Source: an uncultured Candidatus Saccharibacteria bacterium (GTDB lineage: Bacteria > Patescibacteriota > Minisyncoccia > Phycocordibacterales > Zambryskibacteraceae). Taken from it: a DNA stretch of 64,000 nt. A model generated the notes under the pieces. It was not told the DNA's origin, searched no databases, and saw only the letters and a program-made list of their open reading frames with translations. Both the position numbers and the translations under genes were made by a program. Each line of letters begins with the position of its first letter. Position 1 is the stretch's first letter. Of this stretch, positions 10,556 through 19,993 are shown in pieces. The stretch is taken from the NCBI GenBank assembly GCA_964618905.1, contig CAZUDK010000001.1, positions 92,614-156,613 on the forward strand, read 5' to 3'.

Positions 10556-11731
10556 CTATTCCTCTTCTGCAAGTTTGCGTAGTGCCAAGCCTATAGCCAC
10601 GGCAAATTCCGGACCGGTCTCCTTCAAAACTTTTTCCAAGAAAGCAGGAGTAGCTAGCTTTGAAAATGGATTACCAAGCTCTACGTCGGTTTTGAAATTA
10701 TTTTTAGCAAGTTCTATAAGCCCTTTAAGGTCTGCACCGCCTCCGACAAGCAATACCTTAGAGACAGCCTTGTTGTATCTCTTCTCAAAAGAAAGGAGGG
10801 TTCTGTTCGCTTCTGCGAAAATATAATCAAGAGTCAGAGTAACTACATCTCGAAGACCCTTGTCTTCTCCGGCAGCACCGACTTCACGCTTCATTACTTC
10901 AGCTCGCTCATGGGATATGCCGAGTGATTTGGAAATATTCAAAGTGATATCCTGCGAACCGCGCGTTATTGTATGCGAAGACTTAATAACTCCTCTCTCG
11001 ACAATATAAATTTTAGTAGAAGCAGCACCCATATCCATGATCATTACAGGAGATAGACTCTGGTCTAGTACCGAGCGCATAGTACTGAATATTTCTATCT
11101 CGAAGAAGCCGGCTTCTATGCCAGATTTTGTAACTATCTCCTGATACTTAGTGATGGTATCGCGATGTATTGCCACCACCAGCACATCTATATTCGGAAT
11201 GTTCGGTGCGGCCGGCTTGGCAGCAGGACCTTGTCCTGAAGCTGGTACGATTTTATCTTGCCCCCACTTGTCTCCGCTGATATTCCTATCTTCCGGCTTA
11301 ACTTCATCCTTCGGTATAAGAGACCAGTCGAGCATTACCTCAGAAATAGGCACAGGAATATACTTGCGCGCCTCTATAGGTATCATGGTCGCAAGCTGCT
11401 TGCTGGGAACCTTCGGCATCTCCATCACCGCCATCAGACTCGAAGAAAATGGTATAGAAAGTCCTGCCTTTCGGGTAGTAACATTAACCTCTTTCTCTTT
11501 CATAAGGTCGCTAAGAGCCTGAGCTAGCTTATCTGTCGGCAAAGAGACTGCCTGTCCTATAACAGCTCCTCCATACGGGCCGAGAGAGAGTTCGCCGTAT
11601 GTCTCAAGAACAGCTTGGCCGTTCTTTTTTTTGATCTGAACAACCTTTATTGCCGAAGAACCGATGTCAATTCCAATGACACTAGGTTCATCCTTTTTAA
11701 AAAGATTTAAAAGATCTGAAAAAAATGTCAT
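10556..11731 (-). CDS. pilM: type IV pilus assembly protein PilM
   Basis: IGIDIGSSAIKVV, EARKYIP, LVGGGA, FAVAIGLALR; start moved to ATG at 11731. Confidence 0.93.
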   Translation of the reverse strand: MTFFSDLLNLFKKDEPSVIGIDIGSSAIKVVQIKKKNGQAVLETYGELSLGPYGGAVIGQAVSLPTDKLAQALSDLMKEKEVNVTTRKAGLSIPFSSSLMAVMEMPKVPSKQLATMIPIEARKYIPVPISEVMLDWSLIPKDEVKPEDRNISGDKWGQDKIVPASGQGPAAKPAAPNIPNIDVLVVAIHRDTITKYQEIVTKSGIEAGFFEIEIFSTMRSVLDQSLSPVMIMDMGAASTKIYIVERGVIKSSHTITRGSQDITLNISKSLGISHERAEVMKREVGAAGEDKGLRDVVTLTLDYIFAEANRTLLSFEKRYNKAVSKVLLVGGGADLKGLIELAKNNFKTDVELGNPFSKLATPAFLEKVLKETGPEFAVAIGLALRKLAEEE

Positions 11732-11749
11732 ATTTATAGAAATTATATC

Positions 11750-12439
11750 ATGGAGAAGACAAGTATATTGCACAAAATAACAAACATGCTGATAGGAATC
11801 AGTAATGCTTGTCTTGATTTCCTGTTTCCAAGAAAACCCGAAGTCTTAAACTTGGAATCATTTTCATCCGGAGAGCTTTTATCCATCCTCTCCCCCGCCA
11901 CAGCAGAAGAAGACGAAAGTGTCATAGCGCTCTTCGACTATAAAGATTCACTGGCTCGCGATATGGTATGGGAATTAAAATACGGCGGTAACAGAAAGAT
12001 TGCTGAGAAGCTCGGAGCCGCCATATACGATACCATTTGTGATGAACTCTATGAAAAAGGCTTGCTCAAAGTTGATACTAGACCTGTCATTGTCCCAATA
12101 CCTATTTCAGATAGGCGAAGATTCGAGAGAGGCTGGAATCAAACCGAACTTCTAGCCGAAGCAGTTAAAAAATGTGACGAAGATATGAGATTTAAATATC
12201 TTCCTCGGCAACTTGTTAAGTTTGTGCACACTGAAAGCCAGACCCAAACTTCCGGCCGGGCCGAGCGCGAAGAAAATATAAAAAACTCAATGCGCGTCCT
12301 AAACCCTTCCAAAGTAGAGGGTCGACACATAATTCTTATTGATGATGTATGCACTACAGGCGCAACATTCAAAGAAGCCAAGCGAGCGCTCAAGGAAGCC
12401 GGAGCAGCGCAGATTCTATGTGTGGCAATAACTCACTGA
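11750..12439 (+). CDS. comF: ComF family competence protein (PRTase fold)
   Basis: LKY, VPIP, ERGWNQ, LIDDVCTTGAT. Confidence 0.92.
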   Translation: MEKTSILHKITNMLIGISNACLDFLFPRKPEVLNLESFSSGELLSILSPATAEEDESVIALFDYKDSLARDMVWELKYGGNRKIAEKLGAAIYDTICDELYEKGLLKVDTRPVIVPIPISDRRRFERGWNQTELLAEAVKKCDEDMRFKYLPRQLVKFVHTESQTQTSGRAEREENIKNSMRVLNPSKVEGRHIILIDDVCTTGATFKEAKRALKEAGAAQILCVAITH

Positions 12440-12454
12440 ACAGCAAACCCTTAA

Positions 12455-12859
12455 CTATCTGGTTCTAAGGAGAGTATTAACCATGATAATGTTTTCGATA
12501 TCGAATTCTGCCCAGTCAGAATCATCTACTTCGTCTTCGGGCCTTAGCCTGCCTGTAACAGCAATGGTATCCTCTGCCTTCAAATCAGTATTGGCATCCT
12601 GAATACGGCTAATATCTAAAGCATAATACTTGCCGTCTCGGCTTTTCACTCCGAGTATGCAGCCGCGAGGAGGAGCCTCGCCAGATTTCAAAGGAAGACA
12701 GGTAAACGAACCAGTAATGATGACCGTTCTGTCTATCTCATTATTTAGGACATTTCCCCAGCCCTTATACAAAAGAAAGCCGAATATAAGCACAGCTGCA
12801 ACAGCAGAAATTATGATCGCCCTTCTTTGTTTTACTCCTTCTGGTGAAAAATCATTCAT
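12455..12859 (-). CDS. hypothetical membrane-anchored protein
   Basis: Single N-terminal TM, two Cys, beta-rich domain. Confidence 0.7.
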   Translation of the reverse strand: MNDFSPEGVKQRRAIIISAVAAVLIFGFLLYKGWGNVLNNEIDRTVIITGSFTCLPLKSGEAPPRGCILGVKSRDGKYYALDISRIQDANTDLKAEDTIAVTGRLRPEDEVDDSDWAEFDIENIIMVNTLLRTR

Positions 12860-12927
12860 AAAAACATTATACCAATTTTATAATCTGGAAACACTATCAC
12901 AATTAAAAGAGAAAATGTACCCCAAAT

Positions 12928-13272
12928 TTAGCCAAGCTTCTTAAGCAGAACACTGACGTGCGAGTGCTCAAGATCTTTGACGGCACTCACTAAAGTAACT
13001 TTCTTCTTACCTTTTATTGCTGCTTTAAACTCGGTAAGAGATTTGGATTCTGCAAGCTCCGCGCGATACTTTTTGGAAAATTCAGTGAAGCGCCCCTCCC
13101 TATCTTTGTGATACCACTGCCTAAGTTTCGCAGAGGGAGTTATATCCTTGGCCCACAAGTCTATCTTTGCTTCTGCTTTGCTAACTCCCCGCGGCCACAG
13201 CCTGTCGACCAGCACGCGATAGCCGTCACTTGCTTCCGCTTTCTCGTATGCTCTCTTAGCAGATATTTTCAT
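12928..13272 (-). CDS. DUF488 (YeaO-like) protein
   Basis: KRAYE..DGYRVLVDRLWPRGVSK signature. Confidence 0.9.
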   Translation of the reverse strand: MKISAKRAYEKAEASDGYRVLVDRLWPRGVSKAEAKIDLWAKDITPSAKLRQWYHKDREGRFTEFSKKYRAELAESKSLTEFKAAIKGKKKVTLVSAVKDLEHSHVSVLLKKLG

Positions 13273-13355
13273 ATATGTCAGTTTTTAATAGGTTAACTAA
13301 TCAGCTTCTATTATATAGGAAAGATAAGTAAAATATGCTAAATTATCGAAGAATT

Positions 13356-13442
13356 GGAGACGTGGCTGAGTGGTCGAAAGCGCCTCACTGCTAACGAGGT
13401 AGGGTGTAAAAGCTCTCCAGGGTTCGAATCCCTGCGTCTCCG
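13356..13442 (+). tRNA. tRNA-Ser(GCT)
   Basis: GGAGACG/CGTCTCC acceptor stem, anticodon loop CT-GCT-AA, long variable arm, GGTTCGAATCC; CCA not encoded. Confidence 0.95.
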
Positions 13443-13645
13443 CAACGATTTGCAAGAAAGACCTAAACGGTCTTTTGAGCAAAGCGTAGTAGAAGAGTGT
13501 AGCTGGGATTCGAAAGGCGGAGCCAGAGCAATGCGAAGCATTGCAGATTGGCGAGCCCGGGCAGGGGCCACTTATGAGCGAAGCGAATTAGTGAGCTGAC
13601 GCCGAATCCCTGCGTCTCCGCAACGATTTGCAAGAAAGACCTAAA
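13425..13645. mobile_element. tRNA-Ser-linked mini element bounded by a 43-bp direct repeat
   Basis: 13425-13467 is identical to 13603-13645; the 135-bp interior is hairpin-rich and holds an inverted T-arm copy (gggattcgaa, 13505-13514). Confidence 0.7.
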
Positions 13646-13698
13646 AAGTCTTTCTGTCTCCGGCTTCGCCTTAGCTCTGCTATACTGACCTCATACAA

Positions 13699-15906
13699 AT
13701 GAGTCCGGAAACTAAGCTTAAAGATTTCTCACGTCTTAACCCTTTTCAAGAGAAAGCTCTTAAGAAGCTGGGTCTGGAAACTGTAGAAGACCTCCTATAT
13801 CACTTCCCTGCTCGCTACGCAGACACGGCGGATGTGAAGAATATTGCAGACTTAGAGAAAGGTGAGAAAGCAGTAGTCTTCGGCAAGCTCTCCAAATTAA
13901 AGACAGCAAAAGCATTTAGAAAAAAAATTCCACTATCCGAAGCATATCTTGAGGATGATACCGGCAAAATCAAGATAGTCTGGTTCTATCAAGCATACCT
14001 AGCCAAGATGCTCGAAGAAGGCTCGCATGTAAGAGTCGAAGGAAAAGTGAGCGAGAGGGCCGGCGAACTGTACTTCTCGAACCCAAAAGTCGAGAGCGCG
14101 CCGACTCTCTTCGCGCAAGGCAGATCAGACATTCTATATCCTGTGTATCCCGAGGCTCGAGGCATCAGCTCGGACTGGCTGTACCACAAAATAGAGCGCA
14201 TCCTCGCTGCTAAAGTTCTCGACGAGCTCGAAGATGTCATACCTCAGGAAATTTTAGAAAAATATTCTCTCCCCTCGCTGAAGTCTGCACTTATTTATAT
14301 ACACACTCCGCAGAAACTTTCGGATGCTGAAGCTGCCAGAAAAAGATTTGCCTTCCAAGAAATCTTTTTAATACAACTCGATAGACAAAGAGAGAAACAG
14401 GAATTCAGAAGAAAGGAAGCATTCATCATAGACAAGGACTCCACTGATATAAAAAATTTCATAGAGCGCTTCCCTTTCAAAGCGACCGGCGCGCAGAATA
14501 AAGCCATTGACCAAATACTGGCGGATTTTAAAAAAGGCTATCCTATGACACGACTGCTTGAAGGTGATGTTGGCTCGGGTAAAACTGCTGTTGCCGCTAC
14601 TGCTGCATACGCCGTAGCAACTTCTAGGCCCAAAGGCCAGGACTTCGGCACGCTTCAGGTTGCCTACATGGCGCCGACAGAAATTCTCGCCCAACAGCAT
14701 TTTGAATCTTTCATTAATTTATTCAGACACTTGCCGATAAACATTGCTCTTATCACAGGGACAGGAGTGCGCAAATTTCCTTCAAAGGTAAATCCTGGTA
14801 GCTGGACAAGCATTTCCAAGAGCCAGCTTCTAAAGTGGGTTGCCAATGGCGAAATTTCCATAGTGATAGGCACTCACGCCCTCATTCAAAAGAACGTGAA
14901 GTTCAAGCACCTGGCGTTTGCCATCATCGACGAACAGCACCGCTTCGGCACAAAGCAAAGGCAGAAGCTCGCAGGCGGGCCCGCCTCGACTCGCGAAGGC
15001 TCGCCGACGCGAGGCGGGGAAGAGAATATCCCTCATCTTCTCTCTATGACGGCAACGCCTATCCCCCGCACTTTGGCTCTCACTCTTTACGGCAATCTTG
15101 ATCTTACTCTTCTCGACCAGATGCCTGCCGGCCGCAAACAGATACAGACAGAGATAATCGCACCCGAGAAAAGAGAGCGGGCTTACGAGAAGATGCGGCA
15201 AGAGCTTGCGGCCGGCAGGCAAATGTATGTAATCTGCCCGCGCATTGACCCGCCTCGCCTTGATGAGCAAGGGCGAGTCGAGGCGGGCGAACCCGATCCA
15301 AGCAAAGAAACTTCCATCCAAGCCAAATCTGTTAAAGAAGAAGCAAAAAGGCTCAAAAAAGAAATCTTCCCCGAATATGAGATCGGTATTCTCCACTCCA
15401 AGATGAAACCTGCGGAAAAAGAGAGTATTATGACCGACTTCAAGAACGGCAAAATAGATATTCTTGTTTCTACATCGGTAGTTGAAGTGGGAGTAAACGT
15501 AGAGAACGCTTCACTGATCATCATCGAAGGCGCGGAACGCTTCGGCCTCGCTCAGCTTCATCAGCTTCGCGGCCGAGTCCTGCGAGGCTCTCACCAGCCA
15601 TACTGCTTTATTTTCTCAGAGGGCAAATCGCAGAAAACTTTAGACAGGCTGGAAGCAATTAAAACCGCTAAAAACGGATTCGAACTTGCCGAATTCGACC
15701 TCTTGCAGAGAGGTGCAGGAGAGTTGAGCGGCAGCAGGCAATGGGGTATTTCCGACCTCGGCATGGAAGCTATAAAAAATATAAAGATGGTCGAGGCCGC
15801 CCGCACTGAAGCGACTAAACTTATAGAAAAAGATCCGGAGCTTAAAAAGCATCTACTGTTAAAAGAGAAGCTGACTGAAAGCTCTTCCAAAATTCATTTT
15901 GAATAA
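13699..15906 (+). CDS. recG: ATP-dependent DNA helicase RecG
   Basis: LLEGDVGSGKT, MAPTEILA, IDEQHRFG, MTATPIPRTL, GLAQLHQLRGRV. Confidence 0.97.
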   Translation: MSPETKLKDFSRLNPFQEKALKKLGLETVEDLLYHFPARYADTADVKNIADLEKGEKAVVFGKLSKLKTAKAFRKKIPLSEAYLEDDTGKIKIVWFYQAYLAKMLEEGSHVRVEGKVSERAGELYFSNPKVESAPTLFAQGRSDILYPVYPEARGISSDWLYHKIERILAAKVLDELEDVIPQEILEKYSLPSLKSALIYIHTPQKLSDAEAARKRFAFQEIFLIQLDRQREKQEFRRKEAFIIDKDSTDIKNFIERFPFKATGAQNKAIDQILADFKKGYPMTRLLEGDVGSGKTAVAATAAYAVATSRPKGQDFGTLQVAYMAPTEILAQQHFESFINLFRHLPINIALITGTGVRKFPSKVNPGSWTSISKSQLLKWVANGEISIVIGTHALIQKNVKFKHLAFAIIDEQHRFGTKQRQKLAGGPASTREGSPTRGGEENIPHLLSMTATPIPRTLALTLYGNLDLTLLDQMPAGRKQIQTEIIAPEKRERAYEKMRQELAAGRQMYVICPRIDPPRLDEQGRVEAGEPDPSKETSIQAKSVKEEAKRLKKEIFPEYEIGILHSKMKPAEKESIMTDFKNGKIDILVSTSVVEVGVNVENASLIIIEGAERFGLAQLHQLRGRVLRGSHQPYCFIFSEGKSQKTLDRLEAIKTAKNGFELAEFDLLQRGAGELSGSRQWGISDLGMEAIKNIKMVEAARTEATKLIEKDPELKKHLLLKEKLTESSSKIHFE
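14980..15018 (+). repeat. 39-nt palindromic element in frame in recG (copy 1)
   Basis: cccgcctcg...cgaggcggg. Confidence 0.85.
15249..15287 (-). repeat. 39-nt palindromic element in frame in recG (copy 2, opposite orientation)
   Basis: Reverse complement aligns without gaps to copy 1. Confidence 0.85.
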
Positions 15907-15952
15907 TTCTAAGATTGAAAAATAAAATCATTTGATATAATCTTTTGGCATC

Positions 15953-16026
15953 CCGCCCTTAGCTCAGTTGGTTAGAGCACAGAGCTTATATCTCTGCGGT
16001 CCTTGGTTCGAGTCCAAGAGGGCGGA
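15953..16026 (+). tRNA. tRNA-Ile(TAT)
   Basis: CCGCCCT/AGGGCGG acceptor stem; anticodon arm CAGAG-CT TAT AT-CTCTG; CTTGG TTCGAGT CCAAG T-arm; discriminator A. Confidence 0.9.
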
Positions 16027-16133
16027 CAAATTATCTGTGATGACAAGAATTGAATAAATGTGTATAACTTCCTACTTTAATACGGATGAGTTGGTAGAAT
16101 TATTTACAGTTAATTAATAGTTAATATTAGTTT

Positions 16134-16319
16134 ATGAAAATTCACAAAATTGCTTGGATTCTTCTCATTATAGGAGGCCTCAACTGGGGACTTGAAGTTC
16201 TTAACTACGGCATTGGTAACTATGTTTCTGGAACAGTAGCCAACGTAATCTACATCCTCGTAGCAGCTGCTGCAGTATACGAATTGTTTACTCACAAGAA
16301 AAACTGCAAGAACTGCTAA
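16134..16319 (+). CDS. DUF378 small membrane protein
   Basis: LLIIGGLNWGL...IYILV signature. Confidence 0.85.
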   Translation: MKIHKIAWILLIIGGLNWGLEVLNYGIGNYVSGTVANVIYILVAAAAVYELFTHKKNCKNC

Positions 16320-16327
16320 CCTCGCTT

Positions 16328-16365
16328 AAAAAGCCGGCGGATTCGATTGAATCCGCCGGCTTTTT
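16328..16365. terminator. bidirectional intrinsic terminator
   Basis: aaaaagccggcggattc-gatt-gaatccgccggcttttt between convergent genes. Confidence 0.85.
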
Positions 16366-16366
16366 G

Positions 16367-17134
16367 TTATGCTGCCTGCATATAGTTTTTGAAGAGAGAC
16401 TTTAACTTTTCTTTATCTTCTGACTTTCTGACCCCATAAGGATATTTCTTGCCTTGTTTGTCTATGAAAACCAGATTTCCCATCATATTAGTTTCCACCT
16501 TAGCTAAATTATTAAGAGGAATTGAAAAATTGGTCGGATGGGTATTTACAAGAGCCTGCAGACCTCCGGTGTTAAGAATTTTTTTGAATTTATTTTGAAG
16601 GTCATTGTAGGAAAACATCCAATTAAGCTGCTGAACTCCTAGTCCTTCCCCTATCGCTGCATCGCCGCCTGGTACAGGAATATAAATAAACCAAATATTT
16701 TTATCCGTAAGAACAATAGCATTCTCCGGAGCCTTCAACAGGCCCGCTCCTCCTATGGTAAGAGTTCCAGCCCTCATTCCGGTAGCCATTACTCCCGCGA
16801 CATAATCAACGATTGTCTCATCTAGCGCGACAGAGTTATTTACGGCAGTAGTAGTGGAAACGCCAGTCCTAGAGTTATTAAAAGCATTCATCATCCTCCT
16901 TCGGTTCCAAATCGTACCGACTGGTATGAGTATGCTTACCAAAACTATGCCCGCTCCAATGAGTTTTACTCCTCCAACAAAAAAGAAAAACAATCCGATT
17001 GCGACTCCTAAAACTGCTCCAAAGAAAGACTTGTAAACTGAATAAGCAGAAGAGACATTAGTGACTGTTTTCTCTATCTGATAGGTTTGTACTGAGCGCT
17101 GCTTTGACAAGAAATCTCCTATTGGATTTTCCAT
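16367..17134 (-). CDS. hypothetical membrane protein
   Basis: 255-aa ORF, two TM helices followed by a soluble domain. Confidence 0.7.
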   Translation of the reverse strand: MENPIGDFLSKQRSVQTYQIEKTVTNVSSAYSVYKSFFGAVLGVAIGLFFFFVGGVKLIGAGIVLVSILIPVGTIWNRRRMMNAFNNSRTGVSTTTAVNNSVALDETIVDYVAGVMATGMRAGTLTIGGAGLLKAPENAIVLTDKNIWFIYIPVPGGDAAIGEGLGVQQLNWMFSYNDLQNKFKKILNTGGLQALVNTHPTNFSIPLNNLAKVETNMMGNLVFIDKQGKKYPYGVRKSEDKEKLKSLFKNYMQAA

Positions 17135-17210
17135 ATTGTTAGGTTATTGAATCAATATCCTAAGTATACAGGAACACTCAATCTACTCACTAGCTTATCC
17201 ACCTTGGGAG

Positions 17211-19166
17211 TTACGCCTGATGCTCTATGTCTTTCTTCTTTTTGAGCGGTATGCTGTGCGCCACCAGTATGTCTTCGAACTCCTTCTGCTCTATAGTTTC
17301 CTTCTCAATAAGACGCACCGCTATTGCTTCTAACACTTTGTCGTGGCTTTTGATTATATCCTCCACTTTCTCCATGGCTTCGCTCATGATCTTTGATACC
17401 TCGGCATCTATTTCTGCACTGACTCTTTCCGAATATTCCTTGCTGCCGATTCCTGCTCCATAGAGTGGCTTGCCCTCAGGACCTTCGAGAGCCACCGGCC
17501 CCATCTTCTCGGACATGCCGTACTTGGTAACCATATTCCTGGCAAGAGCAGTGGAAACCTGCAAATCATTCGATGGGCCTGTTGTTAGGTCGTCGAACCT
17601 ATCTTTCTCAACCACATATCCGCCGAGAGCAACTGCAATATCATCTAAAAATTCTTTCTTTGACTGAAGCTTTTTGTCTTCCAAAGGAAGCTTGAGCACA
17701 TAGCCGGCAGCACGGCCACGTGAAATTATAGAAATTTTGTGCACTGGATCGGCATAAGGCAAGACACTGGCAACCAGAGCGTGACCAGCCTCATGATAGG
17801 CAGTAATCTCTTTCTCTTTCTTGGAAAGAATGTGGCTCCTGCGTTCCGGGCCGAGCATTACTTTTTCTATAGAGCGAATGAGGTCAAACTGAGCAACCTT
17901 GTTCCTGCCTTCTCTGGCGGCGAGAATTGCCGCCTCGTTCATAAGAGAATACAAATCTGCTCCGGAAAATCCCGGGGTGCGCTCTGCCACCAAGGCCAAG
18001 TTAACATCTTCGGCAAAAGGCTTCTTTCTGGCATGCAGGGTCAAGATCTCTTCCCTGTCTTTCCTGTCCGGCAGATCAAGAGTTACCCGCCTATCAAAGC
18101 GGCCCGGACGAAGGAGAGCAGGGTCAAGAACATCCGGCCTGTTGGTAGCTGCCATGACTATCACTTTTTCATTCGGCTCGAAGCCGTCCATCTCCACCAG
18201 AATTTGATTCAAGGTCTGCTCTCGCTCATCATTGCCTCCGCCGACGCCAGTTCCGCGCACTCGGCCGACTGCATCAATCTCGTCTACGAAAATAATTGCC
18301 GGAGCCATCTTCTTGGCCATGTCGAAGAGGTCTCTGACGCGGCTGGCCCCCACACCGACAAACATCTCCACGAACTCAGAACCGGAGATAGAAAAGAAGG
18401 CTACGCCGGCTTCGCCGGCGACGGCACGGGCAAGCAGAGTCTTGCCTGTGCCTGGAGCCCCCATCAGCAAAATACCTTTCGGAATCCTAGCTCCGATGTC
18501 TAAAAACTTCTTAGGATTTTTCAAAAAATCCACCACCTCCCTCAGCTCCTCCTTTGCTTCCTTGGCACCAGCCACATCTTTAAAAGTAATCTTCTGAGAT
18601 TTATCATCAGGAGATATCATCCGCGCCTTAGACTGTCCAAAAGAAAATGCTTGCATGCCAGCACCTTTAACCTGCCTCGATAGAAACCACAGGAAAAAGA
18701 CGATAAATATTATTGGCAAAAGAATAGGAGCAAGAGACGCAAACCAGAAGAAAAATCCTCGATTGCTTAGAACATCAATGGTTACATTTGAGAGTGCTTC
18801 AGGATTTATATCGTAGTTGGACAGAGTAGTTGTCAGGGCTGTGCCCTCTTCTTTTTTAGACAACTTCTTAGAACCATCTAAGTATGTTATTTCAAGGTCG
18901 TCTCCTTTGACAGCAATGCTCTCAACCTGTCCCGAAGAAATATCTCCTGCAAGTTCAGAAATGGCTATCTCCTCGCTCTTATCGACGTTGCTTGCAATAA
19001 AAGAATAAGAAGAGACGAGCAGCAGGAAAATTATTATAGCCAAAAGCCCCTGGCCCAAAGGATTTTGGCCGGAAGGTCCTCTGCCGCCTTTTTTCAAAAT
19101 TATTTTCTTTATGGGCTTTTTGATTTGGTTCTTTGAAGGAGTAGCTGGCTTGCGATTTCCTGGCAT
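17211..19166 (-). CDS. ftsH: ATP-dependent zinc metalloprotease FtsH
   Basis: [29 protein letters not shown]; start uncertain (19166 or 19190). Confidence 0.97.
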   Translation of the reverse strand: MPGNRKPATPSKNQIKKPIKKIILKKGGRGPSGQNPLGQGLLAIIIFLLLVSSYSFIASNVDKSEEIAISELAGDISSGQVESIAVKGDDLEITYLDGSKKLSKKEEGTALTTTLSNYDINPEALSNVTIDVLSNRGFFFWFASLAPILLPIIFIVFFLWFLSRQVKGAGMQAFSFGQSKARMISPDDKSQKITFKDVAGAKEAKEELREVVDFLKNPKKFLDIGARIPKGILLMGAPGTGKTLLARAVAGEAGVAFFSISGSEFVEMFVGVGASRVRDLFDMAKKMAPAIIFVDEIDAVGRVRGTGVGGGNDEREQTLNQILVEMDGFEPNEKVIVMAATNRPDVLDPALLRPGRFDRRVTLDLPDRKDREEILTLHARKKPFAEDVNLALVAERTPGFSGADLYSLMNEAAILAAREGRNKVAQFDLIRSIEKVMLGPERRSHILSKKEKEITAYHEAGHALVASVLPYADPVHKISIISRGRAAGYVLKLPLEDKKLQSKKEFLDDIAVALGGYVVEKDRFDDLTTGPSNDLQVSTALARNMVTKYGMSEKMGPVALEGPEGKPLYGAGIGSKEYSERVSAEIDAEVSKIMSEAMEKVEDIIKSHDKVLEAIAVRLIEKETIEQKEFEDILVAHSIPLKKKKDIEHQA

Positions 19167-19242
19167 TTTGCTGGAGAGATAGAGGTTCATATACGGCGTA
19201 TTATACAAGTAAGACGGATATACTCAAATTTTGGTATTATTT

Positions 19243-19539
19243 ACCCTATAAACTTTTTACCTACGCATTATGCAGTATGTATATGTATTGCAAAGCAAAG
19301 AGGATAATGATTTTTATATTGGCTGTACTAGAAACCTCAAGGATAGACTGAGGCTGCATAATGCAAAGAAAGTTGCTTCTACCAAAAAGCGAGTTCCGTT
19401 TGTGTTAATTTACTACGAAGCATATATTGATAGTAAAGATGCATACCAGCGAGAGATGTTTTTAAAAACTGGCTGGGGTAGAAATCATCTTCGCAAAACA
19501 TTAAGCAACTTTCTTAATAGGTAAAAAAGTTTTTAGGGT
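19243..19539. mobile_element. inverted-repeat-bounded GIY-YIG cassette
   Basis: accctataaactttttaccta (19243-19263) versus taggtaaaaaagtttttagggt (19518-19539): 1 mismatch plus 1 indel. Confidence 0.6.
19270..19524 (+). CDS. stand-alone GIY-YIG nuclease
   Basis: YVYVL..FYIGCT..RL.LHN..YYEAY..A..RE..LK motifs intact. Confidence 0.9.
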   Translation: MQYVYVLQSKEDNDFYIGCTRNLKDRLRLHNAKKVASTKKRVPFVLIYYEAYIDSKDAYQREMFLKTGWGRNHLRKTLSNFLNR

Positions 19540-19543
19540 CAAC

Positions 19544-19987
19544 ATGCCAAATCTAGCTGATAATCCGCGAGCCAAATTTGATTACGAGATTCTGTCTCGC
19601 TTCACTGCAGGCATCGAGCTTCTTGGCTTTGAAGTCAAAGCTGTTCGCCAAGGCAAAATGAATCTGAAAGGCTCTCATGTATCCATAAGAGGTGATGAAG
19701 CTTTTTTGATTGGAGCAAGTATATCCCCCTACCAGCCTGCAAACACTCCAGAAGGATACGAACCTGAACGCACACGCAAACTCCTCTTGTCCAAGAAAGA
19801 AATAAAAGAACTTGCAGAGGCTGAAGACACTAAGGGTTTGACAATAGTGCCTATTTCAGTGTATAATAAAGGCAGATTTCTGAAGGTGGACATCGCCATA
19901 GCGCGCGGAAAAAAGAAATTTGATAAGCGCGAATCGATAAAAAAGCGAGACATCGAGAGGGATATAAAAAGAACTTTGAAAAGATAA
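19544..19987 (+). CDS. smpB: SsrA-binding protein
   Basis: AGIELLGFEVKAVR, RTRKLLL, GKKKFDKRE. Confidence 0.97.
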   Translation: MPNLADNPRAKFDYEILSRFTAGIELLGFEVKAVRQGKMNLKGSHVSIRGDEAFLIGASISPYQPANTPEGYEPERTRKLLLSKKEIKELAEAEDTKGLTIVPISVYNKGRFLKVDIAIARGKKKFDKRESIKKRDIERDIKRTLKR

Positions 19988-19993
19988 CGTGGT

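Noticed and set aside
11200-11300. PilM loop insertion as a mobile palindrome
   Set aside because: It is a Pro/Ala-rich variable loop with no convincing terminal inverted repeat.
13297-13599. Short ORFs over tRNA-Ser
   Set aside because: They are shadow frames of the tRNA and the mini-element.
13425-13645. CRISPR array (repeat-spacer-repeat)
   Set aside because: There are only two copies, the repeat is the tRNA 3' end, the spacer is 135 bp, and no cas genes are present.
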